DNA of 64,000 nucleotides. Origin: an uncultured delta proteobacterium (GTDB lineage Bacteria > Desulfobacterota > Syntrophobacteria > Syntrophobacterales > Syntrophobacteraceae). The DNA is taken from the NCBI GenBank assembly GCA_963808625.1, contig CAWEHK010000033.1:64001-128000 (forward strand), written 5' to 3'. Positions within the stretch are counted from its first letter, which is position 1; the number at the start of each line of letters is the position of its first letter. Below are positions 21,396-33,400 of the stretch, in pieces. A model generated the notes under the pieces. That model was given only the letters and a program-made list of their open reading frames with translations. It did no database searches and was not told the DNA's origin. A program made the translations under genes and the position numbers.

Positions 21396-22978
21396 CTAGC
21401 CGCGTCTAGCGTCCATCCGCGTCTCCAGGTTTAACAAACCACAGTGAATCGCTTCCTGGAGTTGCTCCTGCACCAGTTGGCCACCCCAGAGCACCGGCCG
21501 CAAGCCCTTCCAGCGAGTTTCAAGAAACGCCTTCAATTCCTGTATTCCTTGGTCGCCCGTGAAGACGCCGAGTCCATAGAGAAAACCCGTCGTTCGTAGG
21601 CTGCAAAAAGCCCCCTGGCAGGACCCTTTGCCCATGCGACTGTGCAGCCGAATGGCATCGAGGCTAACGGCTTCGCGATCGGTCTCGATCTGGTGAACGA
21701 TCTGAGCGACGGCGCTCACGGGTACCATTTCACACTCGCACAGCAGCGCATCATCGGGACTCTTCTGCTGCCTCCAGAGTCGGGGGGCGAGGCCGGCCAC
21801 GACCCAATCGTTCTCTGGCTCACTGGGCAGCGGTATATCCCTGGTGAGGCATGGAGCAGTGACCCCGAGGCGCTCGCAAACCAGATGCGCAGCTCTTTCG
21901 GCCGTTAGCCGGAAGGTCGTCAATTTGCCGCATACGACCGTGATCAAATTGACAAGGCCATCCCTCTCATGATCGATAATCTCGGAGCCCCGACTGACGG
22001 TGCGATCGCAGTCCAGGGGCGTGCCGCAGACGAGTGGTCTGACCCCGGCGAAAGCCCTTACGAAACGTGTTTTGTTCATTATCGGGACGACCTTCGCGGA
22101 TTCTTCCACGAGGAAGTCCACTTCGCCAAAATCGGATCGGAGGTACTCGATATCCTTCACTCTTACCGAGGTCGTTCCCACCAGCGAGACGGTTCCCCCC
22201 GGAACCACAATATCGCCGTCAGCCGGCGGCCGCAGCCGGTTGATGACCCGATCGGCAATTTTCTGCTGGGCGATCAGCATACTGCCCTTCGACCATATCA
22301 CCGGTATTTGCAGGCCGGCCAGTTCGGCAACTTTCCGACCCAGGCGCCGCCGGCATTGACAATCAGGTCCGCCTCGACGTCGATCTCTCTGCCGCTCTTA
22401 AGCCGGCGTATTCTTACGGTACGGATGCGCCTGCCTTGCCGAACCATGCCGACCACCGCGGAGAAAGTCAGCAGCTCAGCGCCATGCCGGCCTGCATCAG
22501 TCATATTATTGTAGGAGAGTGCGAAAGGATCAACGGTTGCGTCCTCAACCCGAAAAGCCGCAATGATATTTTCCGACAATTCCGGTTCAAGGTCTCTGGC
22601 CTCTTGACAATCCACCGCCTGCACCGCTATCCCGTTTTGCACGCAGAGGTGTGGAAAGTCTGCAATATATGCTTCGTTGTCTCCGGCAACGGCAACGAAC
22701 AGCCCCCCGGTATCTATGCAGCATCCGGGCGCCAATTGTTTCAGCAGGCGGGATTCCAACGCGCATTCCTGCGCCGTGACCGGATCGTTGGAAACATAAC
22801 GGGCCCCGCTGTGGAGCAATCCGTGGTTGGCTCCCGATGCTCCTGAGTTGACGTGCCCTTTTTCCACTACCAGGCACTGCAGACCGCGCAACGCGAGATC
22901 GCGAGCCAGACCCATCCCCGCAATCCCGCCGCCGATGATCAACACCTGGGTCTTCAGTCTGCTTGCAGCTCCGATCAT
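21396..22978 (-). CDS. glpA: Anaerobic glycerol-3-phosphate dehydrogenase subunit A (frameshifted)
   Basis: GGGIAG, NHGLLHSGARY, AGVRPL, GKLTTFRL, CECE and GKGSCQG..C BFD-like C-terminus. Frameshift near 22330. Confidence 0.87.
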
Positions 22979-23209
22979 TGCCACCGCCTCCCGTTTCAAG
23001 CGTCCCCACATTTCAGAACATCGAATGGCCCTCGAAAGTGTCGCTCAAACATAATATGATTGCAATGGACTTTAATTGAACAATTCTCTTACCCCCTGTT
23101 GTTGAGGGAGGGAAAGCGGGGACTTACAGGCTTTGTGGTCTTGCTCAGGACTGAACATTATCGATAGAAGGACTGCGAGAAGAGCACAATTTGGAGAACG
23201 GAGCCCGAC

Positions 23210-24040
23210 ATGATCGCTTCAATTCGCAAGATGGACATCGAAACCGCAAAAAACCTCGAAGGTGTTTTATTCGATATTGACGACACTTTTACCACTCGCG
23301 GCAAGATCCCGGCATCCGCCTATCAGGCGCTGTGGGCTCTTAAAGCATCGGGGCTCAAAATCGTGCCCATCACCGGCCGGCCGGCCGGCTGGTGTGATCT
23401 CATTGCCCGCATGTGGCCTGTGGATGCCGTGGTCGGCGAAAACGGGGCCTTCTATTTCTGGCTGGACGAACGCGCGGGAATGCTCAAGAGACGGTTTCTC
23501 GATCCCGCCCCCATCCGCCGGGAGAAACAAGCTCGCCTCAAGCAAATCGAACAGGAGGTGATTCAGTCAGTTCCCGGCAGTGCCGTCGCATCCGATCAAC
23601 CCTATCGGGAAACCGATCTTGCCATCGATTTCTGTGAAGATGTCAAACCTCTTGACTGGCAAGCTATTGACCGCATTGGTGAGATCTTCAAAAAGCACGG
23701 GGCGACCAGCAAAGTCTCTTCGATCCATGTCAATGGCTGGTTTGGCGACTACAATAAACTGGGCATGACCAAGGCCATGGCACGAGAACTATGGGGAATG
23801 GACCTCGACGCAACCAGACGGCGCTTTCTCTTCTGTGGAGACTCCCCCAACGATGAGCCGATGTTTCAATTCTTTCCATGCACTGCGGGTGTCGGCAACG
23901 TCCTTCGCTTCATCGAACGGATGCATCATCTTCCGACCTTTGTGGCCGAGTACGAAGGCGGCGAAGGTTTTGCACAAATCGTCGAAACCGTTCTTTCACT
24001 CAGGGCATCGCTTCCCCGTCCGAGTCCAGTGGCTGACTAA
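23210..24040 (+). CDS. HAD-superfamily IIB hydrolase
   Basis: FDIDDT, ITGRPAGW, ENGA, GDSPND. Confidence 0.85.
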   Translation: MIASIRKMDIETAKNLEGVLFDIDDTFTTRGKIPASAYQALWALKASGLKIVPITGRPAGWCDLIARMWPVDAVVGENGAFYFWLDERAGMLKRRFLDPAPIRREKQARLKQIEQEVIQSVPGSAVASDQPYRETDLAIDFCEDVKPLDWQAIDRIGEIFKKHGATSKVSSIHVNGWFGDYNKLGMTKAMARELWGMDLDATRRRFLFCGDSPNDEPMFQFFPCTAGVGNVLRFIERMHHLPTFVAEYEGGEGFAQIVETVLSLRASLPRPSPVAD

Positions 24041-24386
24041 GTCCCGTGAGCCTCCATTTATCTCTATCATTTCAGGAATCTAAGCTTGTTTCAATTGCAG
24101 AGTCCTGCTCCCGCTGGAAACCATACACATTGGATAAATATTGTTTTAACTAATGATATCAACACATGATAAAAATAATGGGGAAAGTAGGTGATTTTGA
24201 ATTGCTTTTCTAAATTTAGCGATTATACTCTCGGCATGCTGGTTGAGTACGATATTTTGAGTTCTGCAAGAAATCGGTCTTTCGCCAAGACAAAAGGTGC
24301 GGTTTCCGAGCAGTCCCTAATACCGCACCATAAAAGCAGTGGAAAAAACAAAATTTCAACTACAAATTTAGAGAAGGATTTAAGAA

Positions 24387-24587
24387 ATGGCGGAAGGCAA
24401 AGTAAAATGGTTTAATGACAGCAAGGGTTTTGGCTTTATCGAAACTGACGCAGGGCATGACGTGTTCGTTCATCACACGGCCATCCAAGGTGAAGGTTTT
24501 AAAACGCTCGGTGAAGGTGAGCGGGTGAGTTTCGTTGAGGAAAAAGGCGTTAAGGGGCCTCAAGCGACCAATGTGAGAAAGCTCTAG
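24387..24587 (+). CDS. cspA: Cold-shock protein
   Basis: GKVKWFN..KGFGFI, DVFVHH; AT-rich leader. Confidence 0.95.
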   Translation: MAEGKVKWFNDSKGFGFIETDAGHDVFVHHTAIQGEGFKTLGEGERVSFVEEKGVKGPQATNVRKL

Positions 24588-24623
24588 CCAGAGTATAATT
24601 AACGCGATTCGATCATGAACATT

Positions 24624-24655
24624 AGCCGGGGCTATAAAAAGCCCCGGCTTTTTTT
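24624..24655 (+). terminator. Rho-independent terminator after csp
   Basis: AGCCGGGGCT-loop-AGCCCCGGCT followed by a T tract. Confidence 0.85.
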
Positions 24656-24851
24656 ATGGTACTAATCCCCATTGCCGGCTTCTTCAAACACACAGGGTGT
24701 GAAAACCTTTCGGTTCGCACACCCTGTGCCATCTCAATGACTATTTGTTTCAAGACCTCTTTCCCTCTCGGTCGAAAACATCGAGCTTCATTGGGAGACT
24801 CTGTCTTCCCAAGGAATTACATCAATCCGTGCCGTTTGATCCTTCAAGTGG

Positions 24852-25043
24852 TCATTGGGCGAACTTCTTGCCTTTCAGGAAATCCCGCACTGCATCGGCG
24901 GATGTCCCCACCGCTCTGACGGCATTCTTTAACTGCATGTCGGTGCAGGTGAACTTTTGACACCAGTATTTCACTTCATTCGGTTCATAAGGGTTGACAC
25001 GGTGATTCCCATAAGGGCCCCGTTTGGGTTTACCAGAAGTCAT
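24852..25043 (-). CDS. DUF3606-like small protein
   Basis: RVN..EPNEVKYWCQKF...QLKNAVRAVG.S..AVR; SD AAGGAG. Confidence 0.7.
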   Translation of the reverse strand: MTSGKPKRGPYGNHRVNPYEPNEVKYWCQKFTCTDMQLKNAVRAVGTSADAVRDFLKGKKFAQ

Positions 25044-25728
25044 GGTTTCTCTCCTTGTCAAAGGGTGGCAATGCATCGATGAAATGCGAGAAGGCATAAA
25101 CCCAAAACCTTTTTCTTAAGCAGCATAAAAGTCCTTCGGTTGTTATGCCTGACTCACTATCCGGATCTCTCTGGTCCCGGGAGACACACATGAGCACTTC
25201 GGCTCTGGAGACTCCACAAAGCAAAATATATCACTTCGCAGGACTAAAGGATATGCGTCGTGCCTATTTAACCCATAAATTCCCGAGTTACGTCCAAGCC
25301 TTCAATAGTGTTGATGATTATCAATGCCTTTGAGTCGAGCAAGAAAATCTAATCATCGACCGACTTGCTGAGGAAGTCGAGTCCGGAGCGCCATGATTGA
25401 GGATCTAGATGTTAGAGGCCTGGCAATGCCGCAGCATAGGTCTCTCCATAGCCCGATCCGTATTTGCTCGTTGCTGAGGATCTCGATTATTTTGAGAATG
25501 ACTTCGCCTTATGTTCCAGCATTTGTTATCATGACCGCAGTTGGAAATTGGATGAGGTGTCCACCTTTCTATAAGCCGATGCCCACTGTGCGCTGAGCCT
25601 TCCTCCCTCTGGTGGCAAATTGTCGAGAATCGTGGATGGCAACTCAGGATTGCCGCCTTCCAAAGAAACAGGCGGGCGAACCGGGTTGTTTTGCGAGACA
25701 CTGGACCAGCACCGATGGGAGACTGATC

Positions 25729-26244
25729 ATGGCAGAGGCGCAACTTGCATTAGTAAAAGATTTGATCTCCACAGGGTATTTCTTTAAGGAGTTAAGGACT
25801 TACTCCGAGTCTAAGGAAATTGACCTTCCTTCGTTTAGCAGGCATTTTGCCGTTCCATACTTAACCAGAATCTCAGAATCGTATGAAGAATCCGGGAAAC
25901 CGGATAAAAGCCAGATCCTGAATCTTGCTGTCAAGCATCTATCTAATGTCAGTGATGAAGAACTGGTGGAATCCATCTTCGGGCTCAAGAAAATCGCTGC
26001 ATCCGAAATAGATGTTAACGAAAAAGCTTTGCATCAAAGCGACCAGCTCAACAAGTCCCAACTCCGGTCTTGTCGTCAGAAATCCGAATCCGCGACGTCT
26101 CTCTCAAAGCTGCTCGTAAGCATTATCAGGATGTTTAAGCTCTCCGAAGGCACGTTCAAACGCGACAAATCCGAGGAAGGCAGGAATTCGATTTACGATG
26201 TGATAAAAGACAACTGGAACCTATCCGTTCCGTCGACCGTATGA
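25729..26244 (+). CDS. Hypothetical protein
   Basis: 171-aa ORF with a GGAG SD; no recognised motif. Confidence 0.5.
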   Translation: MAEAQLALVKDLISTGYFFKELRTYSESKEIDLPSFSRHFAVPYLTRISESYEESGKPDKSQILNLAVKHLSNVSDEELVESIFGLKKIAASEIDVNEKALHQSDQLNKSQLRSCRQKSESATSLSKLLVSIIRMFKLSEGTFKRDKSEEGRNSIYDVIKDNWNLSVPSTV

Positions 26245-26625
26245 TCTCGCCATCTGTTTGAAGCCATTCGCAGCGATCGGAGGCAGGTCTTTAGAAGCGA
26301 AAATAGCTGGAGCTATCATCACTCCGGCTCATGCTGGTTCCGAATGGTTTTGGACAATGTTTCGGCGGGAGCTTTCTCACACTGGTCGCATGAATGTTAT
26401 TTAATTCGATCAAGCCACATCAGGAGGGGAAAGCTCTGGCGGGTGGTTGCTGATTGCCGGTCCGTGATCAGCTGCAGAGGCGCCAAATCGGGAGAATCCG
26501 CCCCCCGGTTCAGCGGGCTGAGCCTCACCTCAGAGCTGGTTCACGCCGCAAATCATGCTTGAATCAAAAAGGGGCTTCGGGGGAATGAACCCCGGACTGT
26601 CACACTTCTAACAAAAAAGCACGAA

Positions 26626-28093
26626 TCATTGATTGCGCGCTATTTCAACCTCGCTCAAGAATGTCCATTGTGTGTTGAGAAGCTTGACTGAAAGCGACTT
26701 GCAGTTTTTGAGGTTGAATGGCGTCGAATTGGATATCACATATTCAGTGCCGGAATCTGAAGAAATGCCTGTTCCCATGGGAGGAGGCGTAACTGCCTTG
26801 GTGGGACCGAATTCGGCGCCGTCAGTGGAACAACGTACCTGAAGTTTTGCGGGTGATGTAATCCCCCAACTTGGCTGTACTACAATGTGAACTCCCAACC
26901 AATCCACGTTGGTAGGTGCCGAGAAATCAAATATCAATTGAGCGTTTCCCGGAACACCAACCCAACCGGTGCTGAATATGTTCTTAGGGTCTGCTGTGCT
27001 TGCATCATTGAGTTCTCCATATGAATCAGGGTATTGTGATGAAGGAGGCGTGATCCAGCGATATGATCCTTCATAACTCAAATAGGCACCCTTAAATCCA
27101 TACAGGGCTTGGTAGGAGCTAAACAGTCGCCGAGCCTCCTTGTAACCCGCATTCGGCCCCCGGGAAGGACTCATGTGGCTTTGAAACAGCCATGATATTC
27201 GCTTCCCGGGCAACCGAGCTGCCGATAATTGCTGGTTCAGTCTTGCAACAGAAGCACTGCGTGTAGCTCTTAAAATTGAAAAGCTCCACATCCGCCCAGA
27301 CAGCCTCTGAGCCAAGGCGATTAACTAATTCGAAATAATAATCTTCAGTGGAGTATTTGTCTTGTCCATCCGATGAAGGTTGGTTGGCAAACGCCCCCGT
27401 TCCATCCTGCCATGCTTGGATGTCGATTTCCGTTGCATCCCTGAAAAAAGCGGCCACATGAGCCAGATCTGACGGGCTCAGGGCGCCAGGCTGCAGATAA
27501 GGGGATATGACAACCTTCTTCCCTGGGGTCAATTCCTTCAGTTGGCGGGTAATATTCGAGTAATATGGGATCTTCTTGATCAGAGAAAGATCGGCTCCCG
27601 TTTCATCTGGTATGTACCAACCGGCGAAAGCAGGATGATCTTTGTAAGTATCAGCAACAATCTTTATATTGGTTTTTATATCCTGATATACTAAGTCTTT
27701 ATTGGGACTTTTATGAAAATCATCACAGTTCATAAATGACATGACTGCGCCCATGTATACGATCATCCCTCGTTTGTGTGCTTCATCCAAAACTTCGTTC
27801 AGTTTATCAGGGAATCCGGCAACCCAATAGAAATCGTTCGCGCCGCCTCCACAGCCGGCACCGCTCTTTTTCATGCGAACAGCATCCAGAACAATTATGT
27901 TCATTCCCAAAGAACGCATTTCATTGAGTAGTTGCTTGAATTGTTTGATGGTCATGGCCGGGGTGGTATCACTATAGCCAAAATGAACAAATGACCCATT
28001 TATGAGGTTGAGTGCTTCGTTTGCACTCCCGGACATGGGGTTTGCGACCCATAGTGCCAGCAGGACGATCATAATACCGATGGTCCTTTTCAT
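26626..28093 (-). CDS. Secreted DUF4434-like (glycoside-hydrolase-like) protein with a C-terminal discoidin/CBM-like domain; frameshifted
   Basis: Signal peptide, HPAFAGWYIPDE, WQDG.G, WADVELF, C-terminal WTFLSEVE. Frameshift near 27260. Confidence 0.65.
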
Positions 28094-28338
28094 TGCGTTT
28101 CTCCATTTGCATGAAGCATTCAAGCACAAATTCTAATAAAGCCGTGAACTCCTTCGGTATTCCCCCGTCAGTCCCCGTCATTCAACGTCGTTTGATTTTA
28201 ACCTATCCCCGGCTATGTTGAGAAGGGGAATAGGCAGGAGAAGGGAAGTCTCCTTGCCGATCCGTTCTCACCCGCCAAGATAGGCGTCCTGTATCCAAAT
28301 GTCCTTTATGAGGTCCCTGCCGTTTCCCTCCAAATCAG

Positions 28339-28848
28339 TCACCCACGGGTTTCCCGCTTCGTTATTTTCCGGAAGAAGAGTCGGACCATCTCGGTGTGAA
28401 GGGCAAAGGCTAAATCCATGGGCTCCGTCAGAACTGCCCTTTCGATGGTCTCCTCGGTGGGTTTAAAGGGAGGGATCTCCTGAGGAGTCTTGGCCTGAGC
28501 GAGACCAAAAATCAAGAGCGTGCCGTCGTCAGCACTTCTCACCCCGAATTCGGTAATTTCGTGGGGCTTCACGGAAATCCCGGTCTCTTCGTATAGCTCG
28601 CGAACGACAGCCTGTTGCCATGATTCACCCAGGTTGACGTACCCGCCGGGAAGAGCCAACATTCCTCTGTGAGGCTCTATCCCTCGGCGAATCACGATGA
28701 GACCTTCGCCAACGGGGAGCAGAACCACCGCAACCGGAATCGGATTGAGAAAAGTGATGTTGCCGCAGATGTTGCAGCGTCTTGGCCAGGCATCGCCGAT
28801 ACGGAAAGCATGCCCGCAATAGGAACAGTGAGAGTTCTTTTCATGCAT
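28339..28848 (-). CDS. NUDIX hydrolase with Zn ribbon
   Basis: CSYCG and CNIC; Nudix box GG..NLGES..AVVRELYEETG. Confidence 0.88.
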   Translation of the reverse strand: MHEKNSHCSYCGHAFRIGDAWPRRCNICGNITFLNPIPVAVVLLPVGEGLIVIRRGIEPHRGMLALPGGYVNLGESWQQAVVRELYEETGISVKPHEITEFGVRSADDGTLLIFGLAQAKTPQEIPPFKPTEETIERAVLTEPMDLAFALHTEMVRLFFRKITKRETRG

Positions 28849-28948
28849 TTTCCGGCTATTCCTTCTCCAATCTCCTTGCCTTTGGTCGATGGTTGTGTAA
28901 GGGATATGCACCAACTCGAAACTGCCTACAACCCTGGAGCGTTCAAAT

Positions 28949-29494
28949 ATGGCGACCGCAAGACCTATTATAACAACCCGAACATTAACTCAAGACCGCG
29001 CACTCACCTTGCGTTTTGCTCAAGAAACGGATGTCGACTTGATATTGCAGTTCACGCAAGAGCTTGCCGACTACGAGCGACTCTCCCATGAAGTGGTGGC
29101 GGATGCCGACACGCTGCGTCGATCACTGTTCGACGGGCAGCGGGCAGCGGAAGTCGTGATTGCGGAATACAACGGAAGTCCTGCCGGAGTGGCCCTCTTT
29201 TTCCACAATTTCTCGACCTTTTTGGGCAGGCCGGGCCTTTTCCTCGAGGATCTGTTCGTCAAGCCTCCCTTTCGCGGCAAAGGGATTGGCCGAACCTTGC
29301 TCTTGTTTCTGGCAAAACTGGCGAAGGAGCGCGGATGCGGTCGGCTGGAGTTTTCGGTGTTGGATTGGAATGAATCGGCTATCGGGTTCTATAAGAAGCT
29401 GGGAGCCCGCGCACAACATGATTGGACTATTTTTCGCATCGCCGGGAAAGAACTGGATGATCTTTCCGAGCACTTTGTTGTGAGAACTGACTGA
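28949..29494 (+). CDS. GNAT acetyltransferase (diamine acetyltransferase-like)
   Basis: FSTFLGRPGLFLEDLFV, RGKGIG, VLDWNESAIGFY. Confidence 0.9.
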   Translation: MATARPIITTRTLTQDRALTLRFAQETDVDLILQFTQELADYERLSHEVVADADTLRRSLFDGQRAAEVVIAEYNGSPAGVALFFHNFSTFLGRPGLFLEDLFVKPPFRGKGIGRTLLLFLAKLAKERGCGRLEFSVLDWNESAIGFYKKLGARAQHDWTIFRIAGKELDDLSEHFVVRTD

Positions 29495-29631
29495 ATTCAG
29501 AGCTGAGGCGCTGACCGTGCGAGGCACAGTCGGCATGAATCGGGAAAAGGGCAGGGGCCCTTCTATTGGGGAGGCCAGGACTTATTTCGACAGTGGTGAG
29601 ATTTTCCGGGGGATACCGGAACTATGGTCGT

Positions 29632-30156
29632 TCAATGATCTGCGTCAACCGGCGCCGAATGTTCATTATCGGCTTCACCTCCGCAGTCTTCAAAGGTAAT
29701 GCCCTTAATCCTGGCATCCGCCGCCATCTTGAACGTGGATGTGAATTCCATGACCACCCTCTTTTCTTCATCATAGAGCGTTGCCCGGCCCTTGAGGATT
29801 CTCCCTTCTCGATGAACCACTTTGGCTTTTGCGGTAACGATTCCTTTCTTTACGGGCGCTAGATACTTCGCTTCCAGCGCAATTGTGCCGAAATGCGACA
29901 AGGGAGGGACGATGCTCTTTATGGCCATCACCACGGCCGTATCGGCCAGGCTCACGAGGGCGCCCCCGTGCATCAGCCCACCGCCTTGGGCGTACTCGAT
30001 GAAGAAGGGCATGCTCAATATCGCCCGACCCTCGGCAGCCTCAACAATACTGACATTCAGCAGCCGCTCGAAGGGGGCGCAGCTGATCCATCCCTCCATG
30101 TGAAAGCGGTGTGGACCTGTCGATGGGGAAGTCGTCGCTATTTCTGTTTTCGACAT
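29632..30156 (-). CDS. PaaI thioesterase
   Basis: GLMHGGALVSLADTA. Confidence 0.85.
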   Translation of the reverse strand: MSKTEIATTSPSTGPHRFHMEGWISCAPFERLLNVSIVEAAEGRAILSMPFFIEYAQGGGLMHGGALVSLADTAVVMAIKSIVPPLSHFGTIALEAKYLAPVKKGIVTAKAKVVHREGRILKGRATLYDEEKRVVMEFTSTFKMAADARIKGITFEDCGGEADNEHSAPVDADH

Positions 30157-30257
30157 GTTATCGGTTGCGTCTCCTTGCCAAGCTCATAAACTCGTCATCT
30201 TTTCCACAGAAGGGGAGGGCGCTTACGTTTTCGCGTTTCTCATCATGTTCCAGTATT

Positions 30258-30410
30258 CCCGCATCACCCCGCCTCCTCACCACATCTTCTTCCGCCCTCA
30301 CCGTTTCTCCGCGTCTCCGTGTCACCCCATCTCCCTCTCCCCGCGCTCGGCCTCCCTCTCTCCCTCTTTCCCCGTGTGTCCGCATCGCCGTGTGCCGCTC
30401 ACTGCGCCTT
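30258..30410. repeat. Degenerate ~8-bp tandem repeat (pyrimidine-rich on +)
   Basis: Consecutive units ccgtttct ccgcgtct ccgtgtca ccccatct. Confidence 0.6.
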
Positions 30411-30421
30411 TCGCTATGGCA

Positions 30422-30454
30422 CGAGGGGGCGGGCTCCGCCTCTTCGCCCCCTCG
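30422..30454. other. GC-rich hairpin/cruciform about 40 bp downstream of the FGE-domain gene
   Basis: CGAGGGGGCG (30422-30431) / CGCCCCCTCG (30445-30454), perfect 10-bp inverted repeat. Confidence 0.7.
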
Positions 30455-30492
30455 GCCGCCGCTTCAGGCTCCGTTCGCTCCTGCTTGCCAGG

Positions 30493-33400
30493 CTATCCCC
30501 GCCTGCCAGGCGGAACCAGGGCCACACGAAAACCCAGGATGTGGTACCGGAGCGACGGCTCGGACCCTGAGGCGGAACGCCGAGCGGCAGTACCCGGACA
30601 CGCAGCCCCAGCCGCCGCCCCGGATCACCCGGACCGGGACCTCCTCATCTCCAACGGTATCAATACACCACTCCCAGACATTCCCCGCCATATCTTCAAG
30701 CTCAAAATCTTTCGATCTCGATCGTGGGAAAATGCCCACCGCCGACGTGCTCTCCAGCCCGGCTTCAGAGCTGTTGCAGATGCCATCCTCCCAGTCGTTG
30801 CCCCATGGATAAACGTATCCCTTCGGTCCTCTTGCCGCAGCCTCCCATTGCCGCTCCGTGGGCAGTGTCCCCCCAGCCCAGCGGGCAAAGGCCTCGGCTT
30901 CCCAGAACGAGACCCCGACCACCGGCTGATTCGGAGCAGCAAAGTCGGGATGGCGCCAATATTCTGGTTCGCTGACCTGCTCTTCGCCAAGCCACTGCCA
31001 TCCCTCCTTGGTCCAATACTCTTTCTCCTGGTACCCCCCGGCTCTTCATGAAAAGCCCATACTGCGCGTTCGTCACCGGATAGCGACTGAGCCAGAACGG
31101 CTTGCTAATGGTAAACCGTTCTTTCTTATCACCGTATCGGTATGTCTCCTGCAGGAATCTTCACGTATCCCCGATGCTCGTCAGGATGGCCTGCAACTCT
31201 GCAAGTCGGTGACGATCCGCGGATCTCCCAACCGTCCCAACGCCACGGCCAGGGTGTGTCGCTCTTTGACGGCAATCTCTTGGGCGATGGCCTGTGTCAC
31301 CACCTTCTCGAAGAATTCACACAACTTCCTTGGCAGTTCCACCTTGCGGCCGATGAGGATCTCCAGGCAGTCGCCCAGGACAATCGCCAGGTTCCAGACA
31401 CCACCTGTCGCCCCTTGCTGGGATTGGTCCGCTTCGGGCAACCGGATACCGCTTACCATGTCCTGCAAAAGCTCTACTCCGGCTTTGGGATTGATCTTCT
31501 TTACCAGACAGCCAAACAGGAACGACAGGGTATTCCGCCAACCCGCAGCCGGCCCGCGCTCCAGCATGAGGTCTCTGAATCCGTCCGGTTGGCGCCAATG
31601 GCGAACGAACAGTTGGTCGGTGGCCAGGAATTCCTGGAACGACAGATGGTAAAACGCCGCCCGAGCATCGCCGCGCGACACGAGCAAGCCCGACCGTGAC
31701 AACAGATCTTCCCGCACCGCGACCGTATCGTGGAGCCCCTTGTCCGTGGCGCCATCGAGCTTATGATACTCCTGCAGCAGCAGGTCGATTTCACGGTCGG
31801 AACCAGAGGCTTCGGGATTTTCTCGTTCCTGCCTCAAGCCCTCACCCGTATGCATCCCCAAGGCAATCGCTGCAAGCCGCGCCCGGACCTCAGTCACAAG
31901 CTGAATCACCGGATAACGCTTGTAAAGGACCGTATCGACGATACGGTCATAGAGTTCATACTTGTCTTCCGGCAGGCGCCTGCCCTCCGCGTAGATGATG
32001 CACATACCCGTCAGCAGGAGTGGATTGGCGGCCAGTTCATCCAGGCCGCGCTGGCCCTGCAGGTGGTCGATCATTTCGGCGGCCTTTTTGAGCCCATGTT
32101 CCCTGGTATCGCTCAGACGCACGAACCAGCGGCGGACCAGCAGCGTCTGCAGCTCCGGGTCCAGCCCTGGATGGGGGCGGGCAGCAGATGAAGCTTCTGT
32201 TGCTGATGCGCATCCAGTCCGTAGGGCCGGCTGGTAACCAGCACCCGATTGTTCGCCTTGGTCCAGCGCCCGACCGCATCGGCCAGCACCTCAAGGAGCA
32301 TGGTGCGAGGATACCACTCGCCGTCATTCTTCGTATGGAGGGATGGGACTTCGTCGACACCGTCCAGCATCAGCAGGGCCGAGCCGTTATCGAGATGGGC
32401 CTTCACACAGGCCCAGTCAAGGCCGGGTGGCTTTTGGTCCATGACCCAATTGTCCAGTGCCTTCTCGAGACCAGCGAGGCCGACTGAAGGTGCACCGGAC
32501 GGCCCCAGATGGGGCCAGAAATCCCGCAGGGGCACGAGCACCGGCAACCGCCCGCGTAAGAGGTCGGGAAATTTCTCCTGATAAGGTTCGGGCGCCGGGA
32601 CGTCCATAGGCGGCATAATGCCATTGCAGATGAGCCAGGTTGCCCAACGGCAGAAGGTGGACTTGCCCGTACCCGGATCACCCGAGACATACAGCGACTC
32701 TTTGTTGAGCAAATCGAGGAGAGATTGAGGAGCTTTGTGCGGTTCCTCAAGCAGTTCGCTGTCGAACTTCCGACCGCGAGGAGTATCGCGTTCCGGCCGG
32801 ACGGCAGTCGTGAGAGGCGTGTAGACATGGTTCAGACATACGGCTGCACCGTGCTTGGGCTGAAGCCCCAGCAGATCAACGTCGCAGCACTGGTCGAGCA
32901 GCCAGGCAGTGTATTCGGGCGGGACGACAGGCTTGCTTGGGGTTTTTTTCTTTTTTGACGCTTCCGGCGGCTCTCCGGTTGCGGTTTTCAATTCGGGCAA
33001 TTGGAACAGGATCTGCCGCAGGTGTTCGCCCACCTTTTCATAAAAGCCGTCTTTGTCGCCACGCACACCCCTGTAACTGCTCACCAGCCCCAAGTCATTC
33101 AGCGTCTCGCGAAACCGGCAAACCCCGAGATACTGCTCCACGTCCGCAGGCTTAGTCGAGAGTGGCGGGTCGTCTCGAAAGTAGAAGGTGATCCACGGCG
33201 TGCCCGCTTTTTTCCACTTCTTCACGGCGTCGTTGAACTCTTTCTCGGTGCCGCTTCCGCAGCCGTCGGTGGGCGTGCCGAAACGGGTGGACATGATGCC
33301 CAGGTAGATGTTGTAGACGGGGGTCTGCCGGTCGACGACCTGCTGCGGCTTCGGGCCGATTTGGCGGGCGACGTCGTGCTCCCAGCGGAAGAGCTCCAAC

